Shown here: positions 1-9,286 of the stretch, in pieces
Layout: every line of letters begins with the position of its first letter
How positions within the stretch are numbered: position 1 is the first letter of the stretch
Source of the DNA: a virus
IMG/VR virus record: IMGVR_UViG_3300047160_020067
Coordinates: 1-64,000 of that record
DNA: 64,000 bases
Direction: 5' to 3' (one strand)
Notes under the pieces: generated by a model
Told to the model about the DNA's origin: nothing
The model's input: only the letters and a program-made list of their open reading frames with translations
The model's database searches: none
Made by a program: the position numbers and the translations under genes

Positions 1-201
1 AATGGCCTTTAAGGGGCGGCTTTCGCCTTTGGGGACGTGCGGCAGAGCTAGCCGTGCACAGGCTGCCGCGGCTTGGACCACGAGGCGGCGGTCTATTCTT
101 ATTGTGGCGGCTTTCCGCAACATCCAATCGCCTCGGTCACAGGCCGCCCATGCGGCAACTGCGGGTGCGTGGTCAAACTCTTCATAAAAAGAATATTTCA
201 T
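1..201 (-). CDS. Partial (runs off the window start) Ala-repeat cassette protein, copy 1 (Imm5-like family)
   Basis: Manual translation from ATG at 201: MKYSFYEEFDHAPAVAAWAACDRGDWMLRKAATIRIDRRLVVQAAAACARLALPHVPKGESRPLKAI...; near-identical DNA to the copies at 16.1 and 24.3 kb. Confidence 0.85.
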   Translation of the reverse strand, partial: MKYSFYEEFDHAPAVAAWAACDRGDWMLRKAATIRIDRRLVVQAAAACARLALPHVPKGESRPLKAI

Positions 202-204
202 TTT

Positions 205-486
205 TTAAAGAGTTTCCTTGATTGCATTTACCAAAATCCGAACCGGACTTTCATCTTCCCACGGCTCCCGATTAGCATTGAATGCCGCCGGCGACAGCAA
301 CGCGCGCAAGGTCTCCTCAACCTCGGAACCATATACCGTCGCAGTACGCAAAACGAACCAACGCGCAGTAGACTCGATCTCATTAAAATCTGGCTTCGTA
401 CGCATTGCGTCTCCTTTTTGTACCATCTGGTCTGTCTTTTTGTTTACCACGATTTTGATTATGCCCAAGCGCTTGGCTTTTGGCAA
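205..486 (-). CDS. Hypothetical protein
   Basis: 93-aa ORF packed head-to-tail in the leftward operon. Confidence 0.55.
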   Translation of the reverse strand: MPKAKRLGIIKIVVNKKTDQMVQKGDAMRTKPDFNEIESTARWFVLRTATVYGSEVEETLRALLSPAAFNANREPWEDESPVRILVNAIKETL

Positions 487-552
487 GAACTAAGAATTGA
501 AAGATTACAAGAAGTTAGACGATAGGCGCGGTGGGATCGTCCCAACCGCTTA

Positions 553-738
553 TCATTTTGAACCAACCATCGCTACGATGGTGGCAACAACCGCAAGCGC
601 TACAACGAGCCCCAATCCAACCAATATCGTAAGCGCTGCCGTGCGTAAATGCTCGAGATTCCGCAGCTCGTGTTCTCCCTCAGTATCCCGAGCGCGTTCC
701 CACATCTCGTGTACCTCATCTTCGGTCGCGCGGCTCAT
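553..738 (-). CDS. Small membrane protein
   Basis: C-terminal hydrophobic helix; ATGA overlap with the upstream ORF. Confidence 0.6.
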   Translation of the reverse strand: MSRATEDEVHEMWERARDTEGEHELRNLEHLRTAALTILVGLGLVVALAVVATIVAMVGSK

Positions 739-938
739 AGTTCCCGTTTCACGATACGAGTACCGTCCAAAATGGTCAGAGGTAAATATAAAATCGAAGC
801 ACGTAAAAGTGCCTCAATCGGCGAACACTGAAACTTTTCAATGAAATATGGAGCGATATCTCGCGGGTCTTCTCCCAAACGCAAACGTGCTTCGAGTGCG
901 ACTAGCTCCCCTTGATCATCTTCTTGCGACACGTTCAT
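735..938 (-). CDS. Hypothetical protein
   Basis: 4-nt overlaps with both neighbours. Confidence 0.6.
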   Translation of the reverse strand: MNVSQEDDQGELVALEARLRLGEDPRDIAPYFIEKFQCSPIEALLRASILYLPLTILDGTRIVKREL

Positions 939-1198
939 TCCCGCTTTAATGCGGCTTCAGCAAATAAAGGAGCTAGCAGCCGCAATCTAGTATCCAACTC
1001 ATCAAGTGTTTTAGCAGCTACGGTCAAATCAATACCGGTTACCTTCAATGTCAAACGAATATTGCTCGACCAATCAACACCCGGTGCCGTCACTTGTTCC
1101 GGCAATGCCCCATAACGTTCACAGACCTCAATAATTTCCCTGATTGTTGTTTTAGGCACATTCAGTGTTGTTTTAGGCACATTCAGTTGGTTTGCCAT
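935..1198 (-). CDS. Hypothetical protein with a 7-aa tandem duplication
   Basis: LNVPKTT-LNVPKTT; abuts the upstream stop codon. Confidence 0.6.
   Translation of the reverse strand: MANQLNVPKTTLNVPKTTIREIIEVCERYGALPEQVTAPGVDWSSNIRLTLKVTGIDLTVAAKTLDELDTRLRLLAPLFAEAALKRE
1145..1186. repeat. Perfect 21-bp tandem duplication
   Basis: tgttgttttaggcacattcag at 1145-1165 and 1166-1186. Confidence 0.95.
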
Positions 1199-2185
1199 TT
1201 AGTCCTCATCACGCGAATCTTCATTGCGTTGACGAAAGTATGCGCGTAAGGCATCACGTAATCTGGGATTTGTATTCGTGAGTAAGAGCAATCCCTGCGC
1301 GTCGTAAGCTAGGTCGGTATCTGGATTAAAACCGTTCTCCGTCAATATGTCCCAACGCTTCCAGTATTGTCGGCGCGCCTTTGGTCCGTGCCAGTGATGC
1401 GCAATCGTCCCACGCACATAACCAATGTTCATATTCGCTTTGAGAGCGCATCGTTCCCATTCCAATACGCGTGCAACATAACGCGAATGGATGTCTTTCT
1501 CTGGAATAGATGCTGCAGCCTGCCCTACCATCGATAACGCCATGTGATGATCGCCAGCACCGACGATGGCAAAATCTAACAATCCGCCAACATTATTGAT
1601 GAATTCTCGTCGCGCAGCCCAAGCATAACCAGGGTGCGCGTACGGCTTTTTGCCGTACATACTATAATAACCGCTGCGGGCCAATATCGTAGGTGGCGAA
1701 CCGTTCACAAATTCTTTTGCAAAGGAACTATACGAATCGAAAACATTATTGTGCGGCCCCATGTCAACCGCACCTTCAAAAGGCTGCACGACCGCGTAAT
1801 GTTGAAGCGCGTGAAGCGTCTCCCGTGCCCAATCAGGGTTCAGGAATCGAACATCAGCATCAACCCAGGATACGTAACGCCAGTTCGGCGGCAAATGCCG
1901 CAATCCGATGTTAACTAGATTTTCCTTCAACCAGATTTCATGCGATCCGCGAACTCTAACATGCGTTTCCGATGACCTATCAATTACCTCAAAATGACGA
2001 TCACCAAATGCATGCTCTACTACGGTAAGCCGCACCTCTGGAAACTCTGCCATATGCTGAATAAACTGCTCAGCAAGGCGATATCTAGTGGCATACATGA
2101 CCGGATTTGAAATGACTGCAATAACATGGAGTGTGTCATCACTACACAACTCGTAATGCTTAGGCTCGCGATGTCGGTAATACAT
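1199..2185 (-). CDS. GT-A fold glycosyltransferase-like protein
   Basis: WLKENLVNIG followed by a WVDADV (DxD) motif; G-x-GD and H-x-W-H-G downstream. Confidence 0.6.
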   Translation of the reverse strand: MYYRHREPKHYELCSDDTLHVIAVISNPVMYATRYRLAEQFIQHMAEFPEVRLTVVEHAFGDRHFEVIDRSSETHVRVRGSHEIWLKENLVNIGLRHLPPNWRYVSWVDADVRFLNPDWARETLHALQHYAVVQPFEGAVDMGPHNNVFDSYSSFAKEFVNGSPPTILARSGYYSMYGKKPYAHPGYAWAARREFINNVGGLLDFAIVGAGDHHMALSMVGQAAASIPEKDIHSRYVARVLEWERCALKANMNIGYVRGTIAHHWHGPKARRQYWKRWDILTENGFNPDTDLAYDAQGLLLLTNTNPRLRDALRAYFRQRNEDSRDED

Positions 2186-2186
2186 T

Positions 2187-2351
2187 TTATGCCTTCAAAG
2201 TCGTTTGGGGGTCATCAAACTCGACTTCAGGATTCGCCGCTAAATATGCTTCAAAACAAGTTGGGCACACAGGCGGCACGCGATCTGAAATGGTTTGCTT
2301 ATCACATACGTAACAAGGCTTAGCGATTAATTCACGAGACGGTGCCCACAT
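2187..2351 (-). CDS. Small Zn-finger protein (54 aa, below the ORF-track cutoff)
   Basis: Manual translation MWAPSRELIAKPCYVCDKQTISDRVPPVCPTCFEAY...; two CxxC motifs; fills the gap exactly. Confidence 0.55.
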   Translation of the reverse strand: MWAPSRELIAKPCYVCDKQTISDRVPPVCPTCFEAYLAANPEVEFDDPQTTLKA

Positions 2352-2897
2352 TCTCTCAACTCTTCTTGTATAATGTGTTAAATCGCCGCAAAAACTTTAC
2401 CTTAGCCTCTTCGTGCGACCAAACCTTTATCCGCTGTTCCAACGGCGTAACAGACTTAGGAAGCATATACAAATTAGGATTAGGTCTCAAGTCCCTAACC
2501 TCAGTTGCTAGCACCCGTTCATCAGCACGCTTGATGGCCGCGCTAAAGCCGTAATGCACCCCAAATCGCTTAAAGATGAGGCTCTGCAAATGATGCTCCA
2601 TCTCGCGATAGCCGAACATACATGGCAAGCTTTTCAGCGGTTTGTGTACGTCGCCAAGTGCAAACTCCGAACCATCATGGAGCAATCCACCTAACGCATA
2701 TTCAGGTTCAACGGCCTCACTTACAAGAACACTATGCTGAGCCACAACATAATCAACTGCACCCGTGAACCTGGCTATGTTCGAAAGGTGTGTGGCAATC
2801 ACATCTATCGATGGGATTTCTTCAAGAGCCGCATCCGAAAAGTAAAACGGTTGACCGTCACTCATTTGGATATACGGTCGCGTTTGGGGTTTCTTTG

Positions 2898-3306
<409 letters not shown>

Positions 3307-3337
3307 TCATGGTTGAATCGGGTCAATGCGTCGTGGC

Positions 3338-4066
3338 TCATTTTGCTCTCCGCTGCTTGGGCAGGTTGAGCAGGATCTCATTCGGGCGCCGCGGGTTGTC
3401 GCGAATGAGCATACCCCACTTCTTCTTGAGATATGCGATCGCCTCCTGCTCTGCGCTCGCATTGGATATACGGTAGTCCACCGCGCCACCAGGGTTGCTT
3501 CGATGGGCGAAAGTGGCGAGCACGTTGTCCACGCGAGCGACACGCCCCACCCACTTCAGGTGTTGGAGCGTATAGTCGTAGTCCTCCTTCAGCTTCAGGT
3601 TCTCGTCGAAAAAGCGGGGGTTGGGATGGACGTAGATGAAATCCCCCACGATAAATGCCGCGGTTTTCACCGGGCGGTTCGGGTTGAAGTAGAAGGCGTT
3701 CGCCGTGGGCGCCACTCCGCCGAGGTGCGCCTTGGCGATCTTGCATGCGTCGCGGATCAAGCCCACCGCCTGGGCGAACGAGAGCTTCGATGTGTGCTTA
3801 GGGTCGGTCGCCAGTTCCAGCTTCCTAAGGTCGTCGCTGAGCTGGACGCACGGAAGTCCTTCAGCGGCGGCAGCCTTGAGGGCGGCGTTCCTGCTCTCGC
3901 AGAGCTTGCCGCTCTCCACAACCGCCGATGCCGCCGCGTAGACTGGCGCTTCGCCGTAGCCCACAAACCAAGTCGCACCACCAACCAGTTCGGTCATCTT
4001 TGCGATGGCTTGAGGGCGCGCATGGCTGATGATTGCCACGTAGCAGCCAAGGTCGTCGCGCCTCAC
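3338..4066 (-). CDS. TET/JBP-associated glycosyltransferase (TAGT/GREB1-like)
   Basis: ISHAR, SRN, QLSDD, FDENLKLKEDYDYTLQH and GGAVDYR motifs; adjacent to the dioxygenase. Confidence 0.8.
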   Translation of the reverse strand: MRRDDLGCYVAIISHARPQAIAKMTELVGGATWFVGYGEAPVYAAASAVVESGKLCESRNAALKAAAAEGLPCVQLSDDLRKLELATDPKHTSKLSFAQAVGLIRDACKIAKAHLGGVAPTANAFYFNPNRPVKTAAFIVGDFIYVHPNPRFFDENLKLKEDYDYTLQHLKWVGRVARVDNVLATFAHRSNPGGAVDYRISNASAEQEAIAYLKKKWGMLIRDNPRRPNEILLNLPKQRRAK

Positions 4067-4097
4067 AACTTCACCATGAGCCGAACTAGCGCACGCG

Positions 4098-4910
4098 TCA
4101 TTCCTTCTTGCTCCTCTTCAGCTCACGCTCGGTCTTGAGCACACGGATGCGCTCGATCTCTTTCTGAGGGCTCAGGCAGTTACACATCTGCCTGAGCGCG
4201 TAATAGACGATGCTGTAGCGGTAGCTGAGCTTGCTCTTCGCCACCATTGGGAAGACGCCATGGAGTAACCTCATACCGTCGAACATTATGAGCGCCGGGC
4301 GCGGGAATGCGAACGCCATTCCGTAGCGCGGAACGACCAGGTGCCCGCCGTGCATGTCGCGCTGGAGCACGATCATGCAGCTCCACACGTCGGAAAAGTT
4401 GCCGGCGTCATAGTGGTAGAGCAGATTGTTGTCCTTGTTGACGATGCCACTCGTGAAGGCGCTGTTTGGGATGCGCCACTCGGGGCGAACCTTGTCGAGC
4501 TGCGCCATCTGCTTCTGGAAGCGCTCGGGGCAGGTGGCGGCGTAGACCTTAGTCACGCGCGCCGCCCACTCCAGAAGCAGGTCGTGCTCGGCGGGGTTCT
4601 CCCGCGACATGACCGCCGTGTGGCAGTAGTCGCGACGCATCCCGATGCGCGGCTGATACCCGAGGACCTTGCTCTGGCTCATCATGCCTGAGCTGCGGTC
4701 CGCGTAGCCGTACTGGAGGGCTTGTACGGCGGCGAGCAGCTTGCCGGCATCGCCTTCGAGATCGAAGTAGCCAACGACGGGAACGCCCTGTTCGTCCTCG
4801 ACGATGCAGGGCTTGTCCACCAAGGTGTCGTAGTGCATCCCCAACGGGATGGTCATACGGAGCTTCTTCTCGTCAACTCCCGGTCGAAGCTGTGCCTGTA
4901 CTCGCTTCAT
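4098..4910 (-). CDS. TET/JBP-family 2OG-Fe(II) dioxygenase
   Basis: HYD (HxD) in NNLLYHYDAGN, GGHLVVP, distal LLHG, and RYSIVYY with the 2OG-binding Arg. Confidence 0.85.
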   Translation of the reverse strand: MKRVQAQLRPGVDEKKLRMTIPLGMHYDTLVDKPCIVEDEQGVPVVGYFDLEGDAGKLLAAVQALQYGYADRSSGMMSQSKVLGYQPRIGMRRDYCHTAVMSRENPAEHDLLLEWAARVTKVYAATCPERFQKQMAQLDKVRPEWRIPNSAFTSGIVNKDNNLLYHYDAGNFSDVWSCMIVLQRDMHGGHLVVPRYGMAFAFPRPALIMFDGMRLLHGVFPMVAKSKLSYRYSIVYYALRQMCNCLSPQKEIERIRVLKTERELKRSKKE

Positions 4911-5547
4911 ATGCCTCCAGCAAGGTCTCGAAGACCTGTGTGTGGGAGGTCAAGCCACGTTCCGCCATGATGCGCGAGAGGCGGGCAACCACGCTGTCGA
5001 AGGTTGCCCCGTCGAAGTAGAGCACGATCTGCTTGATCTCCGCCTCGTCGTAGCGGTCCTTTCGGTCCACCTGGGCGATGCGCGCTTCCGCCGGCGGTGC
5101 CAGCATGGCATCGATATCGCTGGGGCTGTAGCCCGTACCGTCCAAGAGGGCTTCGTCATTAAGCCCGCGTAGCATGTCGCTCAGCATCGAGTCGTCCCAA
5201 CCACCTAGCTCCACCTGTCGATTGTCGGCGATGAGGTAGGCTTCCGCCTCCTTGTCGTTGGCAAACGCCACACCACGAACCACTGGCACGTACCACTCGT
5301 CGCCTTCGACCAGAATGCGCATGGGCGGCCTCTTGCCAGAGTCCTTCATCTTGCGCAGGGTCTCCAGGCGCCCATGACCCGCCACGAGGCGCCCGGTGCG
5401 CTCGTCCACGATGACGGGCTGCACAAAACCGAACCGCTCAACCGACGCACCGATCGACTCAGTATCGTGAAGCTTGGGGTTGCGCGGCGCCTTCTCCACC
5501 TGTGAGAGCGGAACGTATTCTACGCGCACATCGCCTAGCTTAGCCAT
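4873..5547 (-). CDS. ParB/Srx N-terminal domain protein of the DNA-modification module
   Basis: RNPKLHD, FGFVQPVIVD, VAGHGRL and IADNR motifs; likely start MAKLGDV at 5547, just after the OmpA-domain gene stop. Confidence 0.85.
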   Translation of the reverse strand: MAKLGDVRVEYVPLSQVEKAPRNPKLHDTESIGASVERFGFVQPVIVDERTGRLVAGHGRLETLRKMKDSGKRPPMRILVEGDEWYVPVVRGVAFANDKEAEAYLIADNRQVELGGWDDSMLSDMLRGLNDEALLDGTGYSPSDIDAMLAPPAEARIAQVDRKDRYDEAEIKQIVLYFDGATFDSVVARLSRIMAERGLTSHTQVFETLLEAYEASTGTASTGS

Positions 5548-5548
5548 G

Positions 5549-7195
5549 TCACTCCGCCTTGATGTAGATCTCGACGCGGCGGTTCTTGCGGCGTCCGTCA
5601 CGAGTTTTATTGCTGACCTTAGGATGCGACGCGCCAAACCCAGCCCCCAAAATATGAAATGATTGAAGGCGTGCATTCAAACGTTCGCATAGAAATTGAC
5701 CAACTGTGTAGGCGCGGCGGCGACTTAGACCACGATTGTACGCGTCCGTCCCAATTGAATCAGTGTGACCGGCAATCACAATATTTGCATCTTCAGGAAT
5801 GGATTCCGACAAGACATCCAATGTCTTACGAGCGTTAGCAGTTAGCTCATCCGAATCAAACGGAAATAAAACAGTCGCCGCCAAAACTGGTTCGCGCTCG
5901 GTTTGGGGTGCGGGGTTAGCCTCAGGAGTAGGGATAGCCTCAGGTGCAAGTTGCTTGTTTTGACGGATGGGAACTGAGGCGGTGGCAGCCGGCTCGACGA
6001 GCCTCGGATTCGAGAAGTCAAACTGGTAGCCAAACAGCCCAAGAACTGCGTAGTTGCGGAAACGACCACTATTTGGCGCAGTGTAAAACTCCACCGAAGG
6101 ACCAAGCTCCAAACGGCCCGGACCAAGTTCATAAGTAGCACCAAACCAACCGCCAACCCCAACGCCAACGTCACCACCGGCTGGATGTACAATAGCGCGT
6201 AGCTCGCCAAATGGATTAAGCACACGTTGACTACGATCAGTATGGAGTGAACCAACGACACGAACCCCCACAAGATCGCCAATGGAAAATTTAAGTCCAA
6301 GATCAACATACCGCGAAGTCGGGAATTCTAGCCCGGCTTCGAAACCGAGACGATAATTACGTGAGCCGCTATAGTGCAAATCTTGAGGATTCGCTTGAAG
6401 CACCCCGTCAACGTTAGCACGCCCAAGCGGCAACTCACCCTCGGCACGAGCCGTAGCGCTAAGAGCCAAAAGAATAACCAAAGCAGTAATGCCCTTATTG
6501 CGCCGAATCAACCAAAGTACAAACGCAATAATTAGTGGTAGTATAAAATAATTAGAGTGAGCATGACCTGGTGCAGTTTGACAGCCCCAGCCAACACGCC
6601 CATCACTAGCATCACCTACGTTCCCGACAGGAGTACCGCCACTGCCGCCAACACCACCGTTGTCGCCGCCAGAACCACCCGTAAAACCAGAACCGCTCGA
6701 CGATCCGCCGGCTCCGCTGACGCCCCCAGCATCCGATCCAGGATTGCTCCCACCGGTACCGCTATTACCGCCACTGCCGCTAGCACCACCAGAGCCCGAA
6801 CTGCTGCCGTCATCAGTTCCTCCTGCATCATGATTGCCGCCACCGTTACACCCAGTCCCAGCCGTCCCACCTTCACCACCTGTTCCGCTGGTGCCAGCAA
6901 CACCAGCGGTGCCGCCGTTACCACCAGTTTCACCAGCGTCGGGTGGGCATTCATAATCGTCATGATCGTTATTCGGCATGGCGTTTGGATCAGCCAAACA
7001 CCGCCCGTCATGACAATACCCTGGCTGACTCGAATTATCGACATGGCAATGGGTCTCATTTGGGAGCCCAGAACAGAAATCCGGACCGCGCAGACGACAA
7101 TGTGGATGCTTCAAATCCAACGCATTTGCCCCCTCATCCGGAGGACCACATGAAATCATAACGAGTGCAAACAAAACGGCTGCAATCTTCTTCAC
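5549..7195 (-). CDS. Lipoprotein / MYXO-CTERM-like / beta-barrel / OmpA-domain surface protein
   Basis: Lipobox (VMISC), Cys-rich head, Gly-rich linker, GCQTAPG + TM + RR motif, second signal-like stretch, amphipathic strands, OmpA motifs (FPFDS, GHTDSIG, YNRGLSRRRA, NRRVEI). Confidence 0.85.
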   Translation of the reverse strand: MKKIAAVLFALVMISCGPPDEGANALDLKHPHCRLRGPDFCSGLPNETHCHVDNSSQPGYCHDGRCLADPNAMPNNDHDDYECPPDAGETGGNGGTAGVAGTSGTGGEGGTAGTGCNGGGNHDAGGTDDGSSSGSGGASGSGGNSGTGGSNPGSDAGGVSGAGGSSSGSGFTGGSGGDNGGVGGSGGTPVGNVGDASDGRVGWGCQTAPGHAHSNYFILPLIIAFVLWLIRRNKGITALVILLALSATARAEGELPLGRANVDGVLQANPQDLHYSGSRNYRLGFEAGLEFPTSRYVDLGLKFSIGDLVGVRVVGSLHTDRSQRVLNPFGELRAIVHPAGGDVGVGVGGWFGATYELGPGRLELGPSVEFYTAPNSGRFRNYAVLGLFGYQFDFSNPRLVEPAATASVPIRQNKQLAPEAIPTPEANPAPQTEREPVLAATVLFPFDSDELTANARKTLDVLSESIPEDANIVIAGHTDSIGTDAYNRGLSRRRAYTVGQFLCERLNARLQSFHILGAGFGASHPKVSNKTRDGRRKNRRVEIYIKAE

Positions 7196-7206
7196 GGCTG
7201 TCTCCT

Positions 7207-8838
7207 TTACCCTTTAATCACTTTTCCCGATCTAACCTTTAGATGTACGCATCCTGATAAATGCTTTGCCAGTTCTTCGTTGTGTGAGATGACAACTACA
7301 GCCCGTTCCCTTGCAAGGGAACTAAGCGCACGAGCCACGAAATCTACTCCATCGGCATCAAGAGAATCAAACACCTCATCAAAGAATAGTGTGCCCGGCT
7401 TGCGCCCATTCGCGGCGTCGGCAACTTCGGCAAGAGCAAGCAACAGCGCGACATCAATACGCCGGCGCTCGCCACCCGAAGCAGCCTTATATCCATGACC
7501 ACCACCAGCACCGTCTACTTCAATACTGATGGCGTCAGTAACCCCACCCGTTTTCTTTTCTGAATAAGGGCGTAATTTTACAATGTATGGCTTTTCAATC
7601 CCAGCCGATAACTCAGCAAGCCACGCATTCGCAACTTGCTCAATACCTGATAAAGCTTTACCAAGTACATGAGCGCGGACACCCTTAAGTCCTAAAACGC
7701 GGTCCACCATCCCCAACAACGCAGCCTCTGTACTCGCGTTATTCAATTCATCACGCAAGGTTACAATCTCTGCATTCAAAGCGGCCACCACAAAACGAAG
7801 TTCTGTAACCAACTTCTCGGTACGCTCCCGTTCTGCTTGCATTCTACGAGCAAATGTGAGCTGCGCCCGAAGAGCCTCACGATTACTTATATGCATTGCC
7901 AGTTCTTCGTCCAAGTCGCGTATTTGATCCCCCAATTTTTGGAAAAGTCCCTCTTGCATCCGTTCTTCAACCCCTACTCTCTTTAACAGAGCATCAACCT
8001 CTATCCGAATAGGTGCACGTAAATCCTCAGTAATCTGTTGATTGCAGGTTGGACAAACATCATGGTCAAGCCCACGTAAATGCCGTTCTAACACGCTTAA
8101 CTCCGCGTGACTCTTGGCAGATTGCTGCGTTACGGTTCGCATGGAGGCGCGTAAATTACGCAACTCTATCTCTACAACTTGAACGGCCTCTTCGCTTTTC
8201 TGTAATGTAAACACAAGATTAGGGTCATCCGGTGGGACCAAAACAATTTCAGCATCGGCTAAACGTTTGCGTTCCACTAACAAACAGGCTTCTTTGACTG
8301 CCAAATCACGTTCGATATTCGCGATTCGCGAATGGACAACATGAACGTCCTTACGACACCGTTCCAACGCCTCATCAAAACGTTCCAACCCAAGTACCGC
8401 TTCCAGCAAACGCTTTCGCTCAGCATCGGTAGCGGTCGTAAAATGAGCGGCATCTTGAGAAGAAAAGACGCGAGTACGCCGCCACACATCCATCGGACCG
8501 ATGATCGCCTCTAGTCCATCTTGAGCCTTCGTGTTGTTTTCGTATTCTAACGCACTGTTTTCATTTATAGAGTTCCAACGGAGAAACGTTCGCCCCTTAT
8601 TCTTATAGCGACCCATCCAATGGGACTCAGTCTTAATATGCACCTCACCCTTGTCACCAGCCCATGGGTCAGTTCCCCGAAGGGTTTTCCCAAACGCCGC
8701 AACTGATACGGCCTCCACAAGCGAAGATTTGCCTGAGCCATTAACGCCTGTGATTAAAACAACGCCCTGTTCCGGCAGGTCAATAACTGTATCTTCATGC
8801 GCAGTGAAACCACGCATGTCAATTCTGAATACATTCAC
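7207..8838 (-). CDS. sbcC: SbcC/Rad50/gp46-like ATPase
   Basis: Walker A GVNGSGKSS, CPTC hook, SGGE signature, FFDEVFDSLD, ISH. Confidence 0.92.
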   Translation of the reverse strand: MNVFRIDMRGFTAHEDTVIDLPEQGVVLITGVNGSGKSSLVEAVSVAAFGKTLRGTDPWAGDKGEVHIKTESHWMGRYKNKGRTFLRWNSINENSALEYENNTKAQDGLEAIIGPMDVWRRTRVFSSQDAAHFTTATDAERKRLLEAVLGLERFDEALERCRKDVHVVHSRIANIERDLAVKEACLLVERKRLADAEIVLVPPDDPNLVFTLQKSEEAVQVVEIELRNLRASMRTVTQQSAKSHAELSVLERHLRGLDHDVCPTCNQQITEDLRAPIRIEVDALLKRVGVEERMQEGLFQKLGDQIRDLDEELAMHISNREALRAQLTFARRMQAERERTEKLVTELRFVVAALNAEIVTLRDELNNASTEAALLGMVDRVLGLKGVRAHVLGKALSGIEQVANAWLAELSAGIEKPYIVKLRPYSEKKTGGVTDAISIEVDGAGGGHGYKAASGGERRRIDVALLLALAEVADAANGRKPGTLFFDEVFDSLDADGVDFVARALSSLARERAVVVISHNEELAKHLSGCVHLKVRSGKVIKG

Positions 8839-9098
8839 TTTCCACCAAGGCGTTTACGAGAATCAAAAACCGCATGCTCCTCAGCGGCATTTACTGTTGC
8901 GTTTGCGTTTTCAACTACATCAAATTCAACGATTTCCCACGAAGGCGGGACAAAGCCAGTATATTTTTCCACAGCGCGCAGGCTTTGAAGAAGATGCCCA
9001 CGGCGCGCCCATAGACGTCCACCTTTTACAAACTTAGAGCTATAGCGCCCAGCCCAAAAAAGGCCACATGACGAATCGCGAATCTTCCAAACTTTCAT
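8835..9098 (-). CDS. Hypothetical protein
   Basis: GTGA overlap with sbcC. Confidence 0.6.
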   Translation of the reverse strand: MKVWKIRDSSCGLFWAGRYSSKFVKGGRLWARRGHLLQSLRAVEKYTGFVPPSWEIVEFDVVENANATVNAAEEHAVFDSRKRLGGK

Positions 9099-9286
9099 TA
9101 GCCCTCTTTAGGCGTATCAAATTTTATAATGTTGTAACGTCAAGTTTAAATGGACTAGTTGATCAAGCTGTTGTTTATTTACGCGTGACAATTCAGCAAA
9201 TTGCTTCTCAAGAACTAAAATACGCTTTGAAAGAACAATACACTGCCGGCACTCAACAGTGCCGGGTTGAATAGTTTTCTTTGGCA

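Noticed and set aside
860-890. RLGEDPR motif shared by a small ORF and the DNA polymerase
   Set aside because: A seven-residue match with no extended similarity.
3326-4138. 270-aa plus-strand ORF and similar antisense ORFs across the window
   Set aside because: They lie antisense to motif-bearing genes in GC-rich DNA and show no RBS or recognisable motifs.
9246-9265. Hairpin ccggcact-caac-agtgccgg as a terminator
   Set aside because: It has no adjacent U-tract on the coding strand and lies within a plausible 56-codon ORF (9287-9117).
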